DNA of 64,000 nucleotides from Octopus vulgaris (Eukaryota), in the NCBI GenBank assembly GCA_951406725.2, contig OX597814.1, positions 153,760,001-153,824,000 on the forward strand, written 5' to 3'. Position numbers and translations under genes: made by a program. Of the stretch, positions 49,128-63,362 are shown piece after piece; the stretch's first letter is position 1, and each line of letters opens with the position of its first letter. The notes below the pieces were generated by a model. That model was not told where the DNA came from and did not search any database. It saw only the letters and a program-made list of their open reading frames with translations.

Positions 49128-49342
49128 AAGGGGCTACACACAGAGGGGACAATCAAGGACAGACAAAGGGATTAAGTCGATTATATTGACCCCAGTGCAT
49201 AATTGGTACTTATTTAATCGACCCCGAAAAGATGAAAGGCAAAGTCGACCTCGGCGGAATTTGAACTCAGAACGTAATGGCAGACAAAATACGGCTATGC
49301 ATTTCACCTGGCATGCTAACGTTTCTGCCAGTTCGTTGCCTT
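49128..49342 (-). mobile_element. Family B SINE
   Basis: Monomer flanked by TTATGAAAACA(G/T)TTCTT on both sides. Confidence 0.87.
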
Positions 49343-49984
49343 TTATGAAAACATTTCTTTGACAAAATTCAACAAATCACTAATACTCAGATACTGAACT
49401 AATGCATGCAGAATGATTTTGTTGCTCTACATACACCTCGGACAGATATATGCAGAGCAACATTCCCGTCAATACTCACAGTAGCACTGCTAGGTCAAAG
49501 ATTTCTGAAAATTATCCATATTTGTCAGGTTGGAAATTCTCTTGAACAGACCAACCATAGCTACAATCAAATAAATAACAACAGCAACACCCATAATAAC
49601 TGGCTTTATCCCTAATACTAAAGTGGACAGTAGCGTACTCGAAACAGTAAATCAATGAACTTTAATTAATTAACATTGCACCCTCAGTGATGAGAATACT
49701 CATTACCTAAATAACTAGTTGCAGCAATGTGAAGGCATGTAGCCAAGTTGTCAGAGTGTTTCACTTGCAATCGTCAGATTGAGAGTTCAAATCATGGACT
49801 GGGTATCGTGCTTTGCTCTTGAGCAAGGTACTTCTTTTCACATTGTTCCAGTCTGCTTGGTTGTCAATGAGTATCAGCTAGGTATTGGTGCATCCCTCTT
49901 TCCCCCTTCAGCTGTCACATCCCAGATCTTCTGCTGGACCAAGGCTGAGAGAATTGAGAAGGTGTCTATGAATTCCAATATTTT

Positions 49985-50345
49985 AAATCCAGGTTTGTCC
50001 CCATTAACGGGGATGGCCAGATCTACCTCACTCTTACAGCAACCACTCTCACACCATCTTGCCCGGTTTTGGGCATCATTCCTCCTCAAGCCAACCCTCC
50101 CAATCTCCTCTACCTGTCCCTTCCATATTTTCTTTGGTCGACCTCACTTTCATGGTTCATTCACTTTAAACCCAAGCACTCTCCTCAAAACACAATTCTC
50201 ATCCCTCCTCAACACATGTCCATACCACTGTACTCCATTCACTCTTGCAAGCTGTTTCACCAATTTCTCCAACCCCAGCATCCCCATCAAGTCCTCGGCC
50301 TTCCTTTTATCCAATAGTTTTACACCACACATTGCTCTGACACTT
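49985..50345 (-). mobile_element. 3' end of a different RTE-like LINE family
   Basis: MCGVKLLDKRKAEDLMGMLGL...NGVQWYGHVLRRDENCVLRRVLGFKV...GRPKKIWK...DAQNRARW. Confidence 0.8.
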
Positions 50346-52344
50346 TGCTCTCTCGGTCCTTCTCAATGTCTGTTAGTAATTATTGAAACCATAGTACATG
50401 TTTCCAAGCTATACTCACTTGGCTGACTGTAGTTTTTTTTTATACTTCAGCCAAAAAAAAAATTAAAATAAAATAAAATTCAAATGTGAGAGACACGACA
50501 CAAAAATTTTAATTAAATATGAAATGCAGTGCAGAGTGAGTCTGAAATGTAGTACTACAGTGACAGTTCAATGTTTCATTCTTATTAGAATTCATTATTG
50601 AAGCTTAGGTTAATTGCAACTCTTTTACATGAATTAGCCATTTAAATTATGATCTGTTCTCATCTCACCACTAATGAATTAATTAAATTATTTTGGCTTA
50701 CTAGTTCAAGTATACCACACTCACCTTTTACTATTAAGTTTGCCTGCAGCTGGCATCCATGGATATTGTCTCCTTCTACCTAGTCATTACTTTATTGCTA
50801 ACAAAAAAAAGGGAAAAAACAATTAAAAACTTTTTTTTAATATTTTTCCTCTGAAATAAAAAAAAAATATAGGTATTTTTAATACAGGTACAAAACCACA
50901 GATTTTGTTGAGGCATGGCTGTGTGGTAAGAAGTAGGCTTCCCAACCACATGGTTTCAGGTTCAGTCCTACAGTGTGGCACTTTGGGCAAGTGTCTTCTA
51001 CTATGGACCTAGGCCAACCAAAATCTTGTGAGTAGACTTGGTAAATGGAAACTGAGGGAAACCTGTCATATATATATATATACACACACACATATAAATA
51101 CATATATACACAACATATCTAGCCATAGGGAAATATTACCTCACTTGGAAACAGCTGAGGATTAGTGACAGGATGAGCATCCAGCTACAAGAAATCTGCT
51201 GCAACAAATTCTCATGTGGACCTACATGAACATGGAAAAGTAGATATTAAAACAATTATGATGATGATGATGAAATAGATCATCCAGGTCTTTGTTTCCT
51301 GTTTATTTGTTTATTTTACCAATCCCAAAAGGATAAAAAAACAAATATGATTTCAGAAGATCTGAACCCAGAACATAAAGCACCACCACTAAATACTGCA
51401 AGGCAGTTTTAATTCTGTGTTCTAGGCAATTCTGTCATCCAAAATTTAATAAAACCACAAAAACATTTTATACATCAATATCTTAATCATCATGTTCCTG
51501 CAAGATAAAGAATAATTTAAAAAAGACAAGATTACTGTTACAGATTGAAAGTAAACATGTTATATTAAACATAGAAATACACTGTAAATAGTTCATACTG
51601 TTATAGGAATATTTAGAGTTTTGAAATTTCTATATATTTAAATAGCTATCTCAGTACATACATTTCTTTTCTTTTTAAATTTAATTTACAAATAAATATG
51701 CAAAGATATGAATATTAAACACTTTTTCTCCATTTTTTTTCAAATCAGATTTCTTTTTCTTCTTTTATTGTTTGTACTTTAAATAAAATGTCACTTGTCG
51801 AAAATGTCTGTATGAAAAGTGAATATCTTCAATGGAGAAAAGTGATTTTTTGACAGTTATTCAAAAAGATAGCATTTTCAATGAAAATCTGTGATTCATC
51901 AATGCGAAATAACTTGATATATCATGTCTGTTTCACACATTAGTGTCATTATTGCTTTCAGAGAACAGAAATACAGGAATACTAGAGTGTAGTGGTTTCA
52001 TTCTATATTTTTGAAATCTCAATTTAAGTACTTGTTACTTTTTTATGTACATTTTAATAACACAGAATAACATGTCTGACTTTATCTACTTAACAAAGAA
52101 AATAAATAAATAAAACAGTAAAAGGAAAGAATAGGATAAAACAGTAAATATTGCAAAAATTACAAATCATGAAGTTGCGCAGAATTAATTTGACCATTGT
52201 TCTTCTTGTTTTTAACATTTGGTATTTCTCTTTTTTTAGTTTGATAATACTTCTACATTGAATAAAATCATTCATTTTACAAAAAAAAAAAACTTTCCAC
52301 ATGAACTACAAAAAGGTCAGAGGTCAGGAGTGCATCACATAAAG

Positions 52345-52870
52345 ATAGGCATTCAGTACATTGTCTACAGAGTGGTCTGTAATCCATAACCTCTACATAC
52401 AGCAACCAGCAGTACACAAACTACACACGGAAGTCTGAAGTACAAGATCTACATACAAGGGTTTGTAGCACATGAGTCACTCAGAGGTTGATATCAGGAT
52501 CCATATGCAATCATCTGTAGTATGTAGCCCCCACAAATGGCCTATATTATATGACCCATGAAGTATGGTCTGTAATACATAAAGTATGCACAACAGACTG
52601 TAATATATGACCCATACAACGACGTCTCTAATGCATATCTACATAAAGTGATTTTATAATGCATAACCTACACAATAGTCTATTATACATGACCCCCTGG
52701 TGGCCTGTCATACATGACCTGTACAGCAGTCATTCATGACCCACACAGTATTCTGTTATACAAAACCCACACAGTAAACAGTCATACAAGATCCATACAG
52801 TAATCTGTCATACATGACTCACACTGTGGTCTGTTACATGTAACCCTAACTTCACAGTAGTCTGCAGTAT
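52345..52870 (+). repeat. Degenerate ~26-30-bp minisatellite
   Basis: Consensus approximately ACCCACACAGTGGTCTGTAATACATG. Consecutive 26-bp units are visible at about 52739-52842. Confidence 0.75.
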
Positions 52871-52919
52871 AAGAATGAAAGAAAGCATGTTTATCATTTA
52901 ATGGATGTTGCTGTCATAT

Positions 52920-53256
52920 GTGAAGGCACATGGCTCAGTGGTTAGAGCGTTGAGCTTACAATCGTGAGGTTGTGAGTTCGAATCCCAGACCGGGCTGCAT
53001 GTTGTGTTCTTGAACAAGACACTTTATTTCATGTTGCTCCAGTTTACTCAGCTGTAGAAATGAGTTGCGACGTTACAGGTGCCAAGCTGTATTGGCCTTT
53101 GCCTTTCCCTTGGATAACATCGGTGGCATGGAGAGGGGAGGTCGGTATGCATGGGTGACTGCTGGTCTTCCATAAATGACCTTGCCCGGACTTGGGCCTG
53201 GGAGGGTAACTTTCTAGGCATAATCCCATGGTCAGTCATTGACCGAAGGGGGTCTC
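52920..53256 (+). mobile_element. tRNA-derived SINE, family E, full length
   Basis: A box TGGCTCAGTGG, B box AGTTCGAATCCC, and GCTGTCATAT duplicated on both flanks. Confidence 0.88.
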
Positions 53257-53964
53257 AGCAGCTGTCATATATGTGCCACTGAAGTATATTTTTGTTCCCT
53301 TAAGTTCTGGTATTAATTTCTGACTGGAATAGTTTTAGCTAAACTACAGGTATATTTGGAAAAGGCATGAAAGCCCAAATACAAACCATTTTCCAAGCCA
53401 ATAAGGAGGTTTCTATACAACTGCTCGATCTGCTAGAAACAGCAGCCAAATCTCCCTAAAATCATAGTCTACTGTCTTGTAAAGGAAGGACACATTTGAG
53501 CTATATAGTCTTAGATCGGGGTTGATCTGTGATTACATTAAAACAAAGTGATCCTACACATTTCGAAAATTAACCAAATAAATATTACAGGCAACTTCAA
53601 ACAACAGGCCTGTAGCAATCTTTTGAAGTACTTTTTCAATTTGCTTTTATAAAATCCAACTACCACCACTACCAACGTTATAACTGTCATCATCAACATC
53701 ATCATCGATATAATGTCCAGTTTTCCAGGTTGGGACCACTTAGCTCAGTCTCCAAAGAAACATTTCACTAATTTTTCACAATAATATATTATCTTATTTG
53801 TAAGGACTAATATCTTCTGTTCTAACCCGAGGCAGTTCAGGTTTTCTTTCTCTTCCTCTGTCATATATAGCTTTAACTATCAATATAATGAGCCAATAAA
53901 GAAACCTATATAAAGTCTCAAGAACTACAAGAAATAATAGCCAAATCTCTCTTAAATCATATCT

Positions 53965-54270
53965 TGTTTGATCCTTCTCGAGCCATGCCTGGCTCATAAG
54001 GGCTGGTTTCCCAGTTTCCTTGGTGTATAGGTTCCCCACCTGGATGGGACGCCAGTCTGTTGCAGGTGAGCTGCAGGATGCAGTAGGAAAGAATGAGAGA
54101 GAGTTGTGGCAAAAGAGTCAGCAGAAGTTCGCCATTGCCTTCTGCCAGAGCCGTGTGGAAATTAGGTGCTTCACTCATAAACACACACATCGCCCAGTCT
54201 GAGATTTGAACCTGCGATCCCTCGACCACGAGTCCGCTACTCTAACCACACTAGGCCATGTGCCTCTACA
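53965..54270 (-). mobile_element. tRNA-derived SINE, family D, full length
   Basis: Minus strand TGGCCTAGTG..GGTTAGAGTAGCGGACTCGTGG..GCAGGTTCAAATCTC. Flanked by AAATCATAT. Confidence 0.85.
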
Positions 54271-54783
54271 AATCATATTGTAACCATCTTATAAAAAGGC
54301 AGTATATATATTGGATAATATAATGCAAGCTATACAAAAAGACAGGATGGTCATAACTGGAATGTCTTAGGTTATGGATTAGCTCATTGAGAACTGACCT
54401 GGTACTAGGCAACAGCAGTATATGGTACTTTTCACCTTGTGTGTATCATCAATTTATGTAACACATTTATAACAATGCAGCTTCATCTCCTATATTACAT
54501 TGATGTTTTTATTGTCCCAGCTGCTCTTTCATACCTGGTCTTCTGCCATTCATACAAGTTAATGCAGCACATCTAACAGATCAAAACCAGCACATTTCTC
54601 TCCAGTCTCTACAGATCTTTAGCATTTAACACCCATGTCTTACTAACATAAAACATTATTACATTACACATCCTTCATAAAGTTTGCCTTTTGCACAGGA
54701 GTAGAAACCCTTTCATTTATGTATTTGGTTTGCAAGATTCTTTATGTGAACTCGTGTATTGAAACATATTTTGTTGTATCTTC

Positions 54784-55120
54784 GGAGGGTCATTATGTCA
54801 ATAATAAACAAACACACTGGTTCTGTTTTACTTCTTTATTTTTATTATTCAATTGGTTATCCAATTAATTAATTAACCAATTGTTCGATTAAATGTTTGG
54901 TCAATTAATCAGCCAGAGTTGTTAAAATCCTTTCATCACCATTCTTGACCTCACCAATGTCAAGCTCTCTCTATTCCAGGTTTGTTTCAGATTTGTCTGT
55001 CTGTCTCCTAGGTTGATTGACTTAATTAATCAAACAATTAGTTAAATGGTTAACCAACTGATAAACAAAGAAGTGAAATAGAACTAGTTTGTATGTTTAT
55101 TATTAGCAATAATGGCCTTC
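54784..55120. repeat. Imperfect foldback element
   Basis: GGAGGGTCATTATGTCAATAATAAACAAACACACTGGTTCTGTTTTACTTCTTT vs AAAGAAGTGAAATAGAACTAGTTTGTATGTTTATTATTAGCAATAATGGCCTTCC, with inner AATTGGTTA/TAACCAA repeats. Confidence 0.65.
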
Positions 55121-56499
55121 CTGAGCACGGCATGGATTAAGATGCACAGAGAGCCAAAGCACTTTAAAAATTTTGGTGCCCCGATATATATATAATTCAA
55201 AATATAAATAATAATTAACCATAAAATAAATTTTTTGTTTTTCAAAATGAAACTAACACTAAGATGGAAAATAATGTTTATTTTTGTATACTTCCACTTT
55301 ATATTTGAAAATTTTCTCCTGCTTGTTTTAATTACAAAATCTTTGATCAGATCCTCACTATGACACCATAAACACTTTGAAATCATATTTCTGATCATAT
55401 AAACTACTTCGAATATTATTTCAGCAAGTTTAAAGCTATTTCTTTTGTACCACAAACCATTTACCATTTCTGTGGTGCTTCCCTTTTCCCTTGATGCCCT
55501 AAGTACATGCTTATTTTGCTTAACCATTAATCCAGTGCTACTCCTGAGATACCACAAAATAGAACCCCTTCCTTGCAACTGTTAGGCCTAAGGCAGCTAT
55601 ATTCTAGTAGCTCTACAATAAAAAAGTACTTTCAACTGTAACAATACCATCTCTTTTCTTTTTTCTATAGTGTCAAGGATTATATGATCTAATGTAGCCT
55701 TCCTTTATTAAGGCAGTAAGGTCAGAAATACTGAGTTACCAATTCTAGTAGATTGAGTGATTATATAAAGAACCTGTTGTTGACTTCACTTAAGTAACAC
55801 ATTACTACCAACAGAATTAGCAACTTCCTAAGCATTTTCCATCTTTCTCTTGTGCTACCTTCTTAGACTTTCATTATAGTCACTACTATCAGTGACCACA
55901 ACAAAACCTTAAAGAACTATTGACCAGTCTTCTTGTCCTACAAATCTTGGTAAATAAGGCTTCAGTGTACTGGTCAAGTCCAACTTGTCTTTACTTGTTT
56001 TGCTGCAGCCAGCAGTATTGTGCTGGAAAGGAGGGAAAAGCCATATTGAGAGTTTCCTGATGGCCACACAACTAAACCCAGTTCGGTGGAGTGTACAATG
56101 TAGTCAGATACGAATATACTCCCACTCACTGTCTCTCTTTCACATATGTGTGTGTATGTACACACACATAAGCATACACAAACACACATACACACATACA
56201 CACAAACACACACACACATTCAAAATCTGAGACTTGTTACTTTCTGTCAGTATTGTGCTAAGTAGGTTTCTACTTAACTCAACAACTACAACAACCTTTA
56301 TTGCACTGAAAGTTAAAAGGAACAAAAGAATCTAGTTATCTGAATAATCTAACTCATTATACATTATATTACTTACAAGGCATAAATGTGAACTATTTTA
56401 TAGTCTACTGTTCTGAGTTGCGTAAGTAGAATGTAAGAATATACTTCATAGTCAAAGTCACAATTTCTACTGTTAACCTTTTAATATTCACAATTTTCC

Positions 56500-56732
56500 A
56501 AGGCGGTAAGCTGGCAGAAACATTAACATGTCGGGCGAAATGCATAGCCATATTTCATCTGCCGTTACATTCTGAGCTCAGGTTCTGCTGAGGTTAACTT
56601 TGCCTTTCATCCTTTCGGGGTTGATAAATCAAGTACCAGTTACGCACTGGGGTCGATATAATCGACTTAATCCGTTTGTCTGTCCTTGTTTGTCCCCTCT
56701 GTGTTTAGCCCCTTGTGGATAGTAAAGAAATA
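56500..56732 (+). mobile_element. Family B SINE
   Basis: Complete monomer. AATATTCACAATT duplicated at 56483 and 56733. Confidence 0.88.
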
Positions 56733-56923
56733 AATATTCACAATTCTTGTGTTTTGGGTTGGTGTAAAAATATGGAGATGATAAAACTAAGAAAAATGAG
56801 ATTTCTTATGTATTTTTGAGGTGATTCTTCAGATTCTAAATATTTTAGTGTGCCAGAAGGTTAGAGTAAGATAAGGTTAAGCAATTAATACTATCTTTAT
56901 TCTACCAGTATTTGACTGGTTTG

Positions 56924-57143
56924 TACAGGGGGGTGCTAAAAAGTTCCTGACTTTGAGTAAAAAGAAATACAGGGGGATCAGTTAATTATGATTTTGTTCA
57001 ACATATTTCCTTCTCAGATTCACATACTTATTGCAGCGGTCCTTCAGTTTTTTAAAGTTCTGTAAAAGAACTTGGAAGGTTGGGCCTTCAACTAGGCCTT
57101 TCATGATACCCTTAAAGCCAGGAACTTTTCAGTACCCCTTGTA
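56924..57143. mobile_element. Tc1/mariner-type MITE (second copy)
   Basis: TA-CAGGGGGGTGCTAAAAAGTTCCTG / CAGGAACTTTTCAGTACCCCTTG-TA. Interior homologous to 20115-20334. Confidence 0.82.
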
Positions 57144-59254
57144 CTGTAATGGGCTAAATAAAGCTGATCATTTTAATCTTTCTTGTTGTTTAATTCTAAG
57201 TTGGCGTTGATCAAGTAGACTAGGCCTATGATCAAAGCATTCCAAGTATGACCAACCACATTATTCAAGGTGTCCTTTTTTTTTTAGGACATTAGGGTGT
57301 AATTTGAGGGATATTTAACAGGTATTTTAAGCAGGTCAAGTGATGAGTTGTTTTTGATGCGAAAACAGAACAGAACTTGACTACCATGGCTCAGTACTAT
57401 GATTGCTACTAATGTACATTTTAAAGAAAAATCAACACTAATGTTTTTGCCTTGAAATCTTATTTTGGCTACATATAAAATAAAATAAACTCTTACTTTT
57501 ATAAGATACAGAAAAAATTTATTCTCAAACGCATGATAATGCTAATACAATAAATAGCATGAACAGGATAAACTATCCATTATATTACAGAAAAATTTGT
57601 TACCGGCCAACCATGAGACTTGAACTCACATCCCTGTGATTACATGTCAAGTACTTTGAAAGATTCTAGATGTGAAATCATATGTTGAAACTGATATTCT
57701 TATAATTGGGGATGGTCATATTTTACCAATTAAAAACATACTCTATAGTTTTGGTCTATACTTCAGCTTTATTATTATTACTATTATGTTTCTTTGTCAA
57801 AGCTCTTTCATCACACATCCTGTGACCTCTTCTGTAACTTTTCATTCCATGTGTCTCCCACAAGATGAGACACATGAAATACAGAGTTACTGAAGGGTCA
57901 ATGTGTTTGACTCTTCATGTCCCAGACTCACCACTTATTCCAGTCCTTCCTCCTCTAAGTGTCAAACTTCTAGATTTCCTTTCATATGCATGTTTCCCGA
58001 AAATATGAATTGTTCTATTGTTATCACAGTAGCGATCATGGATGCTGTCCTTTTCTCTCGGTTAAGCCATCATGCACCATGTTTCATGCATCATGTTTCA
58101 ATTATGACATGATAAAGCATGATTGCATATTTCAGTACTGAGTTTGGCCCTCAACTAGGCAAATTCACTGTACATCTTAAGCATTTGAGTTTTATGTCCT
58201 TTGACTGACTTCCTATGTGCAATAGGTATAGATTCACTTGACCAAGGACTAAATAACAATAACAATCTTATATTTTGCTTGTTTCAGTCACTGGATTGTG
58301 GACATGTTGGGGCACTATTGTATCAAACTTTTTTGCCAAACCACTAAGTTACAGGGATATAAACAAACCAACACTGATTGTCAAGCACTGAGAAGAACAA
58401 AACACATACACATATGGCAGGCTTCCACACAGTTTCCATCTATCAAATTAACTCACAAGATATTGGTCAGCCTAGGGGTATAGTTGAAGACAGATATCCA
58501 AGATGCTGTGCAGTGGGACTGAACCTGAAACAATGTGGTTGCAATGCAAGCTTCTTAACCACATACCCATCCTGCACCAATGGCAACAACAATAAAAAAT
58601 TATTGGCTCCAATAATCAACAAGTTTGTTATATATCATTTTTTTCTTTTTGAAATTCTATTTATTGCTTTAAATAGTCACTTCTAACATTAGTATACATC
58701 CATAAATTTGGAGCAGAATGTTGAGTCGATTAACTTGGCACCAAACTTTACTGGCACTTATCTATCAACCCCAGAAGTAAGATGAAAAAAATGTCTATGT
58801 TGACAGGGTTTGAATTCAGAAGAGAGAAAAAATATCATTGAATTGTGCCAGGTATTTAATCCTTCACTCTGCTGCTCATTTACCCTTACACTTTATTTTA
58901 ACAATTGAAATTTGTGATGCAGTTGGAGAAATTATTTTCATGAAGCATGAAGTCTAAATGAGAACAAAAAATTTTGATATCAATTTTATCTATTCAGCAA
59001 TAAATATTCTACTTCCTCTGTCATGCCTTCTACGTCCTTCATCTCTTAGTCTCTCTTTTTCTTCATCTTTGTTTTGCCTGTGGAAATTTTCGTATTTTAT
59101 TCTGATAGTCTGCTGTCTGTCTGCCAGGTTTGAAATAAAATTTAATCTTTTGCAAAAAATTTATCAAAATTTCAAAACAATGACAAATAGATTATATGTG
59201 AGTGTTTATGCATATATACACCTGTGTGCATAAGTGCATACACACAAATGCATG

Positions 59255-59285
<31 letters not shown>

Positions 59286-59455
59286 TTTGGATTTGGTTAT
59301 AAGGCACAAAAAGAAAATGACTCCCCCCAGACACAACAGTATATATATATGTATATATAGTTGGAATTTACAAAAACAAAACAAAACAGAAGACGAAGAT
59401 GGGTGTGTAAATATGTGTATATGTATATATATATGTGTGTATATATATATATAAT

Positions 59456-59490
<35 letters not shown>

Positions 59491-59613
59491 CACACACACA
59501 CATATATATACATATATACATATATACATATATGTGTTTGTGTGTGTGTGCATGTACCTGTGTGCTTATGTATATGTATACAGAAGAACATAGACATGTC
59601 AATATATACATAC

Positions 59614-59678
<65 letters not shown>

Positions 59679-60224
59679 TACACCTTATATTATCATCCTT
59701 GTCATTGTTCTACATCTGTCTTCCATGCTGGTATGGCTTGGATGGGTTGTCCAGAACTGAGTTCTTATTCAGAATTACTTCCCAATTAGATGCCTTCTTC
59801 ATGTCAACTTCTTTACAAAGTGTATTGGATGAAGTTTATCATGGCACCAGCACTAGAGAGGTTCTCAGAACTTCGACACAGTATGACTAACAGTTCCTCT
59901 TGATCTCATGTTGTCTCTGCTTATTTGTTAGCCACTTTACTGAGTGTAATGGCTTTGTTTATTTTATAGCACTGCCACTTGCGAAGTTACCTAGAACTCT
60001 GCAAGAGACAAAAGAATCACTGCAATATTGTGTTTTTCCTAATCATTCAGGACATCATGACCAACACAATGGATACTTTTTTATTGGAGGCAATCAATGG
60101 GTTGCAGACATTACAAGGCAGTTATCAAGGTTTTGTATGGAAAGGAACACTGAAGTCTGTTGAGATTTCAATAAAATACAATTTATTCTTTTCATACACA
60201 AGAAATGATAGTTGTCGATAATAT

Positions 60225-60702
60225 TCTTTTATTCTTTTTGTTTACTTGTTTCTGTCATTTGACTGCAGCCATCCTAGAGCACCGCCTTTAGTCGAACAAG
60301 TCTACCCAAGGACTTATTCTTTGTAAGCCTAATACTTATTCTGTTGGTCTCTTTTGATGAACCGTTAAGTTATGGGGACATAAACACACCAACATCGGTT
60401 ATCAAAGCGATGGAGGAGAGACAAACAGACACACACACATGCATACACACACATATGCATGCACACACACACACAAATATATATAAATATATATATATAA
60501 TTATAATAAGGGCATTAGAAAGAAATTTTCTAGCTTATATGCTGAGCAATAGATGCTAAATCATTCTATCACTAAAGAAGTCACAAACACATGTTGAATT
60601 CGACGCAACAAGCCAACGGAAATTATTAATAAAATAGAGATCCCTGGATTAGCTAATTTCTGGATCTGCCCCCATGGCTTTTCCTTCATCAGCAGGACAT
60701 AT

Positions 60703-60783
<81 letters not shown>

Positions 60784-60787
60784 TACA

Positions 60788-60818
<31 letters not shown>

Positions 60819-60965
60819 GATGAGCTTTTTTCAGTTGCCATCTATCAAATCCACTCACAAGGCTATAGCTGAATACACTTACCCAAGGTGCCACGCAATG
60901 AGTCTGAACCTGGAAACATGTGGTTGGGAAGCAAGCTTCACACCACACAGCCTCTCCTGTGCCTA
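60225..60965 (-). mobile_element. Family A SINE interrupted in its microsatellite by a hammerhead-bearing fragment
   Basis: Tail half at 60225-60480, head half at 60815-60965, insert at about 60500-60700. Confidence 0.75.
60642..60697 (-). ncRNA. Type-I hammerhead ribozyme-like motif
   Basis: Minus strand TCCTG-CTGATGA-aGGAaaagccatgggggcagaTCCa-GAAA-TTAGCTAA-TC-CAGGG: helix I TCCTG/CAGGG, palindromic helix III ATTAGCTAAT, AUC triplet. Confidence 0.65.
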
Positions 60966-61534
60966 TAATGACAAAACATCAAGAGAGTTTATGTTCTTGG
61001 TGTGGTTGTAGTAACAGAATAAATGTGGTTATTTGCATGCTGTCAAGTGACTTCTAATGTCAATCATCATCTAACTGTTCATTGCTTTTGTGTTGTCAGC
61101 TGTTGTCTGCTGTCTCTGTTGGTCAATCCTTACAGTATTTGTCAATACTTTCTCTGCTGCATTCCAAAGCTTTCTGTCTACTGTTCACAATGTACAGAAT
61201 TTAAACTGGTCAATAGGCTCAGAAGGAAGCACACCAAAAGAAAAAAGACATTGCTGAAGCCTATTCGACATGATGCTATGATTGGTGAGATTTTGTTGAT
61301 TATGTGGGCAATATTCTAGTGAATTATGATATTGGACAACTGCTGAATATTCCTACTACAGGTTCTTAGTTCATCATAGTTCCTGTACCTATTTCACACT
61401 GGTACTTACTTTAGTGTTTTCTGTTTATTGTACCAACAAAAACACTAACAAGGTAGCTCCTATGTGGTCACTTGATTTGCTAGAAATAGGAGATAAATCT
61501 CCCCCTGCCTCTCTTTAACTCTTTTTTTACCCTT

Positions 61535-61745
61535 TTTAACTTGTTTCAGTCATTTGACTGTGGCCATGCTGGAGCACCACCATTAGTCGAGCAACTCGAC
61601 CCCAGGACTTATTCTTTGTAAGCCTAGTACTTATTCTAGCAGTCTCTTTTGCCGAACCGATAAGTTACAGGGACGTAAACACAATAACATCGGTTGTCAA
61701 ACGATGCTGGGGGGGACAAACACAGACATACAAACACACACATAC

Positions 61746-61804
<59 letters not shown>

Positions 61805-61968
61805 TACGATGGGCTTCTTTCAGTTTCCATCTACCAAATCCACTCACAAGGCTTTGGTCGGCCTGAGGCTATAGTAGAAGACACTTGCCCAAGGTGCCAC
61901 GCAGTGGGACTGAACCTGGAACCATGTGGTTTGTAAGCAAGCTACTTACCACACAGCCACTCCTACAC
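61535..61968 (-). mobile_element. Family A SINE, full length
   Basis: Reverse complement of 62449-62858. Confidence 0.9.
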
Positions 61969-62448
61969 CTCCTCTAACCATTTTTATTTTTTTAAAAAAG
62001 GTAAGATAAAGTGGATGATATGGTTCTAGATAGAGTATGTCTGGGAAAAAACATCAGGATCACATTGCTGGAAGACTTTTGATAAATCTACTCAGTCAGG
62101 ATTGACCTGGGCCTAAGCAGCTACAACAAATAGCTAAATCTTCAAATCACACTCTGTCATATTTAAAAAGGAAGAACCCATGGGACAATGTAGTTCCAAA
62201 TATATTGTGTGGAAGTCCTAAACACCTTAAAATCACACTCTCCTGCATATTACTCTTTGCTTTCTTTAAAAAGGACATACTGGATAATGTAGTCCAAGTC
62301 TGAAAGACTAGAGCACTCTTTGATTATAACAAAACTAAATTAATATAGCATCTATGAATTAATAACGTTCATGTAGTGACAGGTTTTCCATACTCTTTAC
62401 TTGAATTTAAAAAAAAAAAAAATTTAAATAAAAAAGATATTTTATATA

Positions 62449-62858
62449 GGCGCAGGAGTGGCTGTGTGGTAAGTAGCTTGCTAACCAACCACATGGTTCT
62501 GGGTTCAGTCCCACTGCGTGGCATCTTGGGCAAGTGTCTTCTGCTATAGCCCCGGGCCGAACAATGCCTTGTGAGTGGATTTGGTAGATGGAAACTGAAA
62601 TAAGCCTGTCGTATATATGTATATATATATATGTGTGTGTGTGTGTGTCTGTGTTTGTCCCCCTAGCATTGCTTGATAACCGATGCTGGTGTGTTTACGT
62701 CCCCGTCACTTAGCGGTTCGGCAAAAGAGACCGATAGAATAAGCACTGGGCTTACAAAGGATAAGTCCTAGGGTCGATTTGCTCGACTAAAGGCGGTGCC
62801 CCAGCATGGCCGCAGTCAAATGACTGAAACAAGTAAAAGAGTAAAAGAGAGTAAGAGT
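62449..62858 (+). mobile_element. Family A SINE, full length (reference copy)
   Basis: GGCGCAGGAGTGGCTGTGTGGTAAG (A box), GGTTCAGTCCC (B box), CTTGGGCAAGTG CORE-like segment, internal TA/TG tract, GTAAAAGA-repeat tail. Confidence 0.9.
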
Positions 62859-63136
62859 ATAACCAACGAAGTTTAGTATTGACCACTACAGAAGAGAAAT
62901 AATTTTTTTTAACTATCAACGTGAAAAAGAAAGCAAAATGCTAACCAAAATAGATTTTGGAAAAAAACTTGTTTCTCTATAATATGAAAGTGATGTGTTG
63001 TGTAACTGAAAAAATATAATAAATAAAAGCTGAGTCATTTAACAGACTTCCACCTAAATACATCTGGCATACACCAAGCAATAACAACCAATACCAATAT
63101 GGCAGTACTCGCAAAAAACAGAGGCTATATGTAGGT

Positions 63137-63193
63137 ATATATACATATATATATATACATATATATATATCTATATATCTATCTATCTATCTA

Positions 63194-63244
<51 letters not shown>

Positions 63245-63265
63245 ATGTATGTATGTATGTATATG

Positions 63266-63360
<95 letters not shown>
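63137..63360. repeat. Compound (TA)n/(TATC)n/(TATG)n microsatellite
   Basis: Direct reading. Confidence 0.97.

Positions 63361-63362
<2 letters not shown>

Noticed and set aside
49779-50426. Longest ORF in the track (215 aa)
   Set aside because: It spans a decayed SINE head and the antisense strand of an RTE remnant.
52920-53000. tRNA genes at SINE heads (also 13942, 54200, 62449)
   Set aside because: A and B boxes are present, but there is no complete cloverleaf and each continues into a SINE body.
55084-55578. 164-aa ORF in mostly unique DNA
   Set aside because: Non-ATG start, no recognisable domain, and it ends inside a foldback repeat. Not supportable without expression data.
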